DNA of 55,048 nucleotides from a virus. Its lineage: Duplodnaviria > Heunggongvirae > Uroviricota > Caudoviricetes. Under the pieces are notes generated by a model, which worked only from the letters and a program-made list of their open reading frames with translations, was not told where the DNA came from and made no database searches. The stretch spans positions 1 to 55,048 of IMG/VR virus record IMGVR_UViG_2541047910_000003, one strand, 5' to 3'. The position numbers were made by a program, and so were the translations under genes. How positions within the stretch are numbered: the first letter of the stretch is position 1; every line of letters starts with the position of its first letter. Below, in pieces: positions 49,810-55,048 of the stretch.

Positions 49810-50039
49810 GCATCCGAACTGAACATGGATTTGGTCCTTCAACAGTCGAAGTCGAATGGCTTGATGATTGCCCTAAGTGCCAGCACGGCAAAGCCAAGGT
49901 AACAGGATGGTCGGTAACCAAAGATTCTTTGTGGGCGGGTGATGAGGCCGTCTGTTCCAAATGCGGTCACAAAGGTGAAATCGATGCTGATGGAGAGAAT
50001 GCCTGGGTGGAATGGGACGAAATCGAGGAGGCACAATGA
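49806..50039 (+). CDS. Small zinc-ribbon protein (two CxxC pairs)
   Basis: CPKCQHG...CSKCGHKG. Confidence 0.5.
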   Translation: MSIRTEHGFGPSTVEVEWLDDCPKCQHGKAKVTGWSVTKDSLWAGDEAVCSKCGHKGEIDADGENAWVEWDEIEEAQ

Positions 50040-50572
50040 GCAAAATTGACTATCAGGCACTGCGTGAGGCGGCAGTGAAAGCAACGTGGGGAGACTGGGA
50101 CTCATATAAACCACACCGTGGCGCACGTGGTTATGAGGTCCGACTAAGTAGTCAGGCCATTGCGCAACACGTTCTGAAAAACAACGCTGAGTTTATTGCT
50201 GCCTTTAATCCAAAGGTTGCTTTGGCACTACTGGATGAGATCAACGCATTAGAGGAAACGCGTATCAACGATGTTTGCCGTATTGCGGAACTAACAAAAC
50301 AACTGGAGTCGGCAAAATCAAAACTCAACGAACAGCGTGAATATTACAAAGGTGTTATCTCGGATGGGAGTAAGCGCATAGCAGAGTTAGAAAGTGATTC
50401 TCAGGCACAAAAGTTAGTTGAAGCAATCATTGTTGCGATAGAAAACGAACAGGAACGTCTTTTTGATGAAGATTACCTAATGGATTCGAAAGAATGCATT
50501 GACGTAATTCGTGAAGAAGTAAAGCGATGGAATGATTCCCGCGCCGCTGGCATTCGCATCAAAGGAGAGTGA
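50036..50572 (+). CDS. Ead/Ea22-like protein
   Basis: MSKIDYQALREAAVKATWGDW is the hallmark Ea22-like N-terminus. Confidence 0.7.
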   Translation: MSKIDYQALREAAVKATWGDWDSYKPHRGARGYEVRLSSQAIAQHVLKNNAEFIAAFNPKVALALLDEINALEETRINDVCRIAELTKQLESAKSKLNEQREYYKGVISDGSKRIAELESDSQAQKLVEAIIVAIENEQERLFDEDYLMDSKECIDVIREEVKRWNDSRAAGIRIKGE

Positions 50573-50573
50573 T

Positions 50574-50861
50574 ATGGCAACTTTGCAGGAATTAATCGAC
50601 CTGACGCCAGAACAGGAAAAAGCGTGGAATCGCCTTGTGAAGGCTGTAAAGGATTTCAGGGCAGCCGGAGGAAAGTTTTATAGCGTCCTGGACACGCTGA
50701 GCGCATACAACGGCGAGCACGTTGCCAGCATTGATAACGATAAGGGCTACCACACTGCAAGCGTCTATATGCCTAGCATTGATGCGCCAGGGCTAACCAG
50801 TTGGGCTGATGATTGGCACGGCATCACGCTGAAAGATGGCGTTGAAGTGGATGAGGACTAA
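50574..50861 (+). CDS. Hypothetical early protein
   Basis: ORF, start at MATLQELIDL. Confidence 0.4.
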   Translation: MATLQELIDLTPEQEKAWNRLVKAVKDFRAAGGKFYSVLDTLSAYNGEHVASIDNDKGYHTASVYMPSIDAPGLTSWADDWHGITLKDGVEVDED

Positions 50862-50864
50862 CAC

Positions 50865-51389
50865 ATGACTACTTTTACCGACAAAGAACTGATTAAAGAA
50901 ATCAGAGAGCGAATCGGCAGCCTGGACGTGCGAGACAATATTGAGCGCCTGGCTTATGAAATCGCGCTGGCATCACTGGAAGCAGTATCGGATGAACGGG
51001 CAGCCTATGAATTATTTATGGAGAAGCGTTTCGGGGAATCTGTAGATCGCCGCAGGGCAAAAAATGGCGATGGCGAATACATGGCATGGGATATGGCGAT
51101 TGGCTGGATTATCTGGTGTCACCGCGCCGCCATGCCTCAGGCCGGAAACTTTCGGGAAATCTCGGAAACGTCAACCAGCTCTCCGGTAACTCCGGATGGT
51201 TGGATAAGCTGTAGTGAGCGAATGCCCCCTCAAGATGATTGGATTTTAATTTATTCAAAGCACGGCGAGTATATGGCAGGACAGGTACAAGGGGAATACG
51301 TGGAGTTGAGCGACGGCACTTTATCGTGGTTAGGGAACGCCTTGTTCTGGATGCCGCTACCAGAACCGCCGCAGCATGATGGTGAATGA
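50865..51389 (+). CDS. DUF551-domain protein
   Basis: C-terminal DGWISCSERMPPQDDWILIY... is characteristic of DUF551. Confidence 0.55.
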   Translation: MTTFTDKELIKEIRERIGSLDVRDNIERLAYEIALASLEAVSDERAAYELFMEKRFGESVDRRRAKNGDGEYMAWDMAIGWIIWCHRAAMPQAGNFREISETSTSSPVTPDGWISCSERMPPQDDWILIYSKHGEYMAGQVQGEYVELSDGTLSWLGNALFWMPLPEPPQHDGE

Positions 51390-51576
51390 TGCCGCCAGTT
51401 AAAGTTGTGATTATCACTTTGGTGATGATAGTGATTGCGAGAATCATGTCTGGTGAAATTGGGTGGATATGGTAATGGCTAAGGCAGCAGCAGAGCGCAA
51501 CTAACAATCCTCGCATTCGCGGGGATTTCTTTTATCTGAACTCGCTACGGCGGGTTTTGTTTTATGGAGATGATAA

Positions 51577-51747
51577 ATGCACTTCCGAGTAACAGGTGAA
51601 TGGAATGGAGAGCCATTCAACAGGGTTATCGAAGCGGAGAACATCAACGACTGCTATGACCACTGGATGCTGTGGGCGCAGATAGCGCATGCAGACGTAA
51701 CCAATATTCGAATTGAAGAACTGAAAGAACACCAAGCCGCCTGATGG
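51577..51747 (+). CDS. Small hypothetical protein (56 aa) followed by terminator gccgcctgatggcggttttttt
   Basis: ORF below list cut-off; clear terminator 51733-51760. Confidence 0.35.
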
Positions 51748-51771
51748 CGGTTTTTTTATTGGAGACAAGAA

Positions 51772-52116
51772 ATGTCAGATTTGGCTATGAAGGTTTTGAA
51801 ATGGCAATCGACTGGCGATGTCGGCATCAGTAGCGCAACTCTTGCCTCAATCGCATGTGGACTGAAAAAGAATATCTATGGTCATCACTTCGGCGCTCCC
51901 CATGACGCAGCCGATTTCCGGCGATGCGTTGCGCTTGTCGAGCAGATTCCAGAAATCAGAGATTCATTCGACAAGGTTGCAAAGCGCGTTCCGGCATTCA
52001 AAGGAATCCTCAACGAATGGGATTCCCTCGTTGCTCTGTTGAAGTCTGAAATGAAGATACACGGAAACAAAGCACCAGAGACTTACAGAAGAATTAGCGA
52101 GTTACGCAAGGACTAA
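51772..52116 (+). CDS. Hypothetical protein adjacent to xis
   Basis: 114-aa ORF. Confidence 0.4.
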   Translation: MSDLAMKVLKWQSTGDVGISSATLASIACGLKKNIYGHHFGAPHDAADFRRCVALVEQIPEIRDSFDKVAKRVPAFKGILNEWDSLVALLKSEMKIHGNKAPETYRRISELRKD

Positions 52117-52205
52117 CCACAGCCTCACACTCGATGAGGCCTGTTCATTTCTCAAGATATCCAGACCTACCGCAATAATACCAACTCAATAAATGGAGAT
52201 TCCAA

Positions 52206-52553
52206 GTGGAAGAAGAAATCTTCACTCGTGAAGAGGCAGCATCGTATCTGAAGGTAGACAAAGGCACTATCACGCAGTGGATACGAAGTGGACGACTTCA
52301 GGCCGCAAAGATAAATCCAGATAAACCTAAAAGCCCATATCGCATTTGCAAGTCAGACTGCATTGCGGCGCTTAAGTCTGTAAGACACAATAGCGCGGTG
52401 AATGCGGTTGATGTGCAGGAGGTTAAAGCATGTCAATCAAACTACGCGGTGGCACGTGGCACTGTGATTTCGTCGCGCCAGATGGATCAAGAGTTAGACG
52501 CTCTCTTGAAACATCGGACAAAAGGCAAGCGCAAGAACTTCACGATCGTCTGA
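52206..52553 (+). CDS. xis: Excisionase-like HTH protein (AlpA/Xis family), overlaps int start
   Basis: REEAASYLKVDKGTITQWIRSGRL HTH. Confidence 0.6.
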   Translation: MEEEIFTREEAASYLKVDKGTITQWIRSGRLQAAKINPDKPKSPYRICKSDCIAALKSVRHNSAVNAVDVQEVKACQSNYAVARGTVISSRQMDQELDALLKHRTKGKRKNFTIV

Positions 52554-53590
52554 AAGCAGAAGCGTGGAGAGTAAAAAATCTCGGGGAATCACCGAAAAAG
52601 CTATTCAAGGAAGCCTGCATACGGTGGCTTCGTGAGAAATCGGATAAGAAGTCCATTGATGATGACAAGAGCATTATATCGTTCTGGATGTTGCACTTCA
52701 GAGAAACCATTCTCTCAGACATAACAACAGAAAAAATAATGGAGGCGGTAGACGGGATGGAAAACCGCCGCCATCGCCTGAACTGGGAAATGAGCCGGGA
52801 CAGGTGTTTGCGGCTTGGCAAGCCAGTGCCGGAGTATAAACCAAAGCTGGCAAGCAAAGGAACGAAGACGCGGCATCTGGCAATACTTCGCGCTATTCTC
52901 AATATGGCTGTTGAATGGGGATGGCTTGACAGGGCGCCCAAAATATCAACACCACGCGTTAAGAATGGACGCATTAGATGGCTTACAGAAGAGGAATCGA
53001 AGCGCCTGTTTGCAGAAATAGCTCCTCATTTCTTCCCTGTGGTCATGTTCGCAATAACTACAGGCCTTCGCCGTTCCAACGTTACAGACCTTGAGTGGTC
53101 ACAGGTCGATCTGGATAAGAAAATGGCATGGATGCACCCTGATGAAACAAAAGCTGGCAATGCGATCGGAGTTCCTCTTAACGAAACCGCATGCCAGATA
53201 TTAAGAAAACAGCAGGGGCTCCATAAGAGATGGGTATTTGTCCACACCAAACCTGCCTACCGAAGCGACGGAACAAAAACAGCTGCGGTAAGGAAGATGA
53301 GAACCGATAGCAACAAAGCATGGAAGGGAGCGTTAAAGCGGGCAGGCATTAGCAACTTCCGATTCCATGACCTGAGACACACCTGGGCAAGCTGGCTGGT
53401 TCAGTCCGGAGTCTCTCTTCTTGCACTTAAAGAGATGGGGGGATGGGAAACTCTCGAAATGGTTCAAAGATACGCTCACCTTTCAGCCGGGCATCTCACC
53501 GAGCACGCGAGCAAAATCGATGCGATTATAAGTCGCAATGGCACAAATACGGCACAAGAGGAGAACGTGGTTTACTTAAATGTTAGGTAA
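52430..53590 (+). CDS. int: Tyrosine integrase of prophage A, abutting thrW
   Basis: HDLRHTWASWLVQSG...LGGWETLEMVQRYAH catalytic motifs; stop 15 bp from tRNA 3' end. Confidence 0.9.
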   Translation: MSIKLRGGTWHCDFVAPDGSRVRRSLETSDKRQAQELHDRLKAEAWRVKNLGESPKKLFKEACIRWLREKSDKKSIDDDKSIISFWMLHFRETILSDITTEKIMEAVDGMENRRHRLNWEMSRDRCLRLGKPVPEYKPKLASKGTKTRHLAILRAILNMAVEWGWLDRAPKISTPRVKNGRIRWLTEEESKRLFAEIAPHFFPVVMFAITTGLRRSNVTDLEWSQVDLDKKMAWMHPDETKAGNAIGVPLNETACQILRKQQGLHKRWVFVHTKPAYRSDGTKTAAVRKMRTDSNKAWKGALKRAGISNFRFHDLRHTWASWLVQSGVSLLALKEMGGWETLEMVQRYAHLSAGHLTEHASKIDAIISRNGTNTAQEENVVYLNVR

Positions 53591-53604
53591 CTTATTGATT
53601 TAAA

Positions 53605-53680
53605 TGGTGCCGATAATAGGAGTCGAACCTACGACCTTCGCATTACGAATGCGCTGCTCTACCAACTGAGCTATATCGGC
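53605..53680 (-). tRNA. thrW: tRNA-Thr (anticodon CGU), thrW; phage attachment site
   Basis: 76-nt cloverleaf, anticodon loop TTCGTAA; sequence matches E. coli thrW by recall. Confidence 0.9.
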
Positions 53681-53794
53681 CCTGAAAGGACATGTTCACG
53701 AACGTGAATCACGGTGGACAAGGTTAAAACTAACCGGGCGATGCGTCAATGGCCTTGTGAATCAAATGGCTACTTTTGCATCACCCGGTTTTAT

Positions 53795-55048
53795 TTACGC
53801 ACGAATGGTGTAATCACCAATGCCGATCCACTTATAAGTGGTCAGAGCTTCCAGCCCCATTGGGCCGCGCGCGTGGAGTTTTTGTGTGCTTACCGCAACT
53901 TCCGCCCCCAGTCCAAACTGGCCGCCGTCGGTAAAACGCGTAGAGGCGTTAACGTAAACAGCGGAGGAATCCACTTCGTTAACAAAACGCTGGGCGTTGC
54001 GCATATCGCGGGTCAGGATCGCATCGGAGTGTTGCGTGCCGTGTTCACGAATATGGGCAATGGCGTCATCCAGATCGCTAACGATTTTGACGTTCAAATC
54101 TAATGACAGAAACTCATCGTCATACTCTTCGGCTTTAACAGCCACCACCTTCGCGGGGCCTGCCTGCAACTGCGCCAGCGCGGCTGCATCAGCGTGTAAC
54201 GTCACGCCGCTTTCCGCCATTTGTTTGCTTAATGCGGGCAGGAAGCTATCAGCGATGTTTTTATTCACCAGCAACGTTTCTACCGTATTACATGTGCTCG
54301 GACGCTGAGTTTTCGCGTTGACAATTACTTTCAGGGCTTCAGCGATCTCTGCACTTTCATCAACGTAAATATGGCATACGCCTATACCGCCTGTGATCAC
54401 CGGGATTGTCGACTGCTCGCGGCACAGTTTATGCAAACCAGCCCCACCGCGCGGGATCAGCATGTCGATGTATTTATCCATACGCAGCATTTCACTGACC
54501 AGCGCACGGTCAGGATTATCAATTGCCTGCACGGCACCCGCCGGTAAGCCGCAGGATTTCAGGGCGTCCTGAATCACCGCTACCGTTGCAGCGTTAGTGC
54601 GACAGGTTTCTTTGCCGCCGCGCAGGATCACCGCGTTACCGGTTTTCAGGCACAGGGAAGCAACATCAACCGTCACGTTCGGGCGCGCTTCATAAATCAC
54701 GCCAATCACCCCCAGCGGTACGCGACGACGCTCAAGACGCAGGCCGCTGTCCAGTACGCCGCCATCGATTACCTGCCCCACCGGATCGGCGAGATTGCAC
54801 ACCTGGCGCACATCGTCGGCAATGCCTTTCAGCCGTGCGGGCGTCAGTGCCAGACGGTCAAGCATCGCTTCGCTAAGGCCATTGGCACACGCGTCTGCAA
54901 CATCCTGCGCGTTAGCGTTGAGGATACTTTCGCTTTGTGCTTCCAGTTCATCGGCGATTTTTTCCAGCACACGATTTTTTTCGCGGCTGGAGAGTTGCGC
55001 TAATTTATACGAGGCTTGCTTCGCGGCAATGCCCATTTGTTCCAGCAT
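53795..55048 (-). CDS. proA: Gamma-glutamyl phosphate reductase ProA (complete, start at window edge)
   Basis: [28 protein letters not shown]... matches E. coli ProA; 417 aa. Confidence 0.9.
   Translation of the reverse strand: MLEQMGIAAKQASYKLAQLSSREKNRVLEKIADELEAQSESILNANAQDVADACANGLSEAMLDRLALTPARLKGIADDVRQVCNLADPVGQVIDGGVLDSGLRLERRRVPLGVIGVIYEARPNVTVDVASLCLKTGNAVILRGGKETCRTNAATVAVIQDALKSCGLPAGAVQAIDNPDRALVSEMLRMDKYIDMLIPRGGAGLHKLCREQSTIPVITGGIGVCHIYVDESAEIAEALKVIVNAKTQRPSTCNTVETLLVNKNIADSFLPALSKQMAESGVTLHADAAALAQLQAGPAKVVAVKAEEYDDEFLSLDLNVKIVSDLDDAIAHIREHGTQHSDAILTRDMRNAQRFVNEVDSSAVYVNASTRFTDGGQFGLGAEVAVSTQKLHARGPMGLEALTTYKWIGIGDYTIRA

Noticed and set aside
53714-54103. 129-aa plus-strand ORF
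   Set aside because: Entirely antisense within proA. It is an artefact of high-GC coding sequence.

Overview
This window is an Enterobacterial (E. coli-like) chromosomal segment ending in proA and tRNA-Thr(CGU) (thrW) at the right edge, with a composite tandem array of integrated elements at the thrW 3' end, delimited by three copies of the tRNA 3'-end sequence at 53605-53680 (intact tRNA), 13993-14040 (48-bp copy) and 1451-1471 (21-bp copy).

Element A (about 14041-53604, ~39.5 kb) is an intact-looking hybrid temperate prophage. It has a P22/Sf6-like virion module (TerS, TerL, portal, scaffold, coat, gp4, gp10, tail needle gp26 with knob, gp14, ejection proteins gp7/gp20/gp16, tailspike) and an ImmI region (mnt, arc, ant, sar-like terminator). 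Its early, replication and late-control regions are lambda/phage-21-like: int, xis, Ea22-like, RecT, Gp157, CIII-like, N-like with nutL, LexA-like CI, Cro, CII, O-like, DnaB-like helicase, NinB/E/F/H, RusA, Q, one tRNA plus a pseudo-tRNA, pinholin, SAR endolysin, Rz/Rz1 and Rha. It carries two freestanding HNH homing endonucleases. One of them sits next to a duplicated 5' fragment of gene 10.

Several moron insertions stand out. A translationally coupled 239-aa unknown protein plus a PIN-domain protein sits in the mnt/sieA hotspot and is a candidate undescribed defence or abortive-infection module. An AT-rich ORF just downstream of N is followed by a duplicated remnant of the N 3' end. A small membrane protein is flanked by terminators. 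A 73-aa ORF lies between arc and ant.

Element B (1472-13992, ~12.5 kb, AT-rich) is an unusual compact integrative element. It encodes a tyrosine integrase and a minus-strand operon containing a T7 gp10-like major capsid homologue followed by a strong terminator. It also encodes a putative Rep protein with winged-helix and RHH partners, an approximately 1.4-kb non-coding region packed with at least four distinct iteron or tandem-repeat families plus a 7-copy TGTGTAAT motif array, a serine recombinase, a small hydrophobic peptide and a possible structured RNA. This looks like a novel satellite, mini-prophage or integrated phage-plasmid.

Left of it, 1-1450 holds a MarR-family regulator and a truncated P4-type integrase fragment, the remnant of a third, older island. 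The tailspike gene contains a G12 homopolymer (C12 on the + strand) that could act as a slipped-strand contingency tract.
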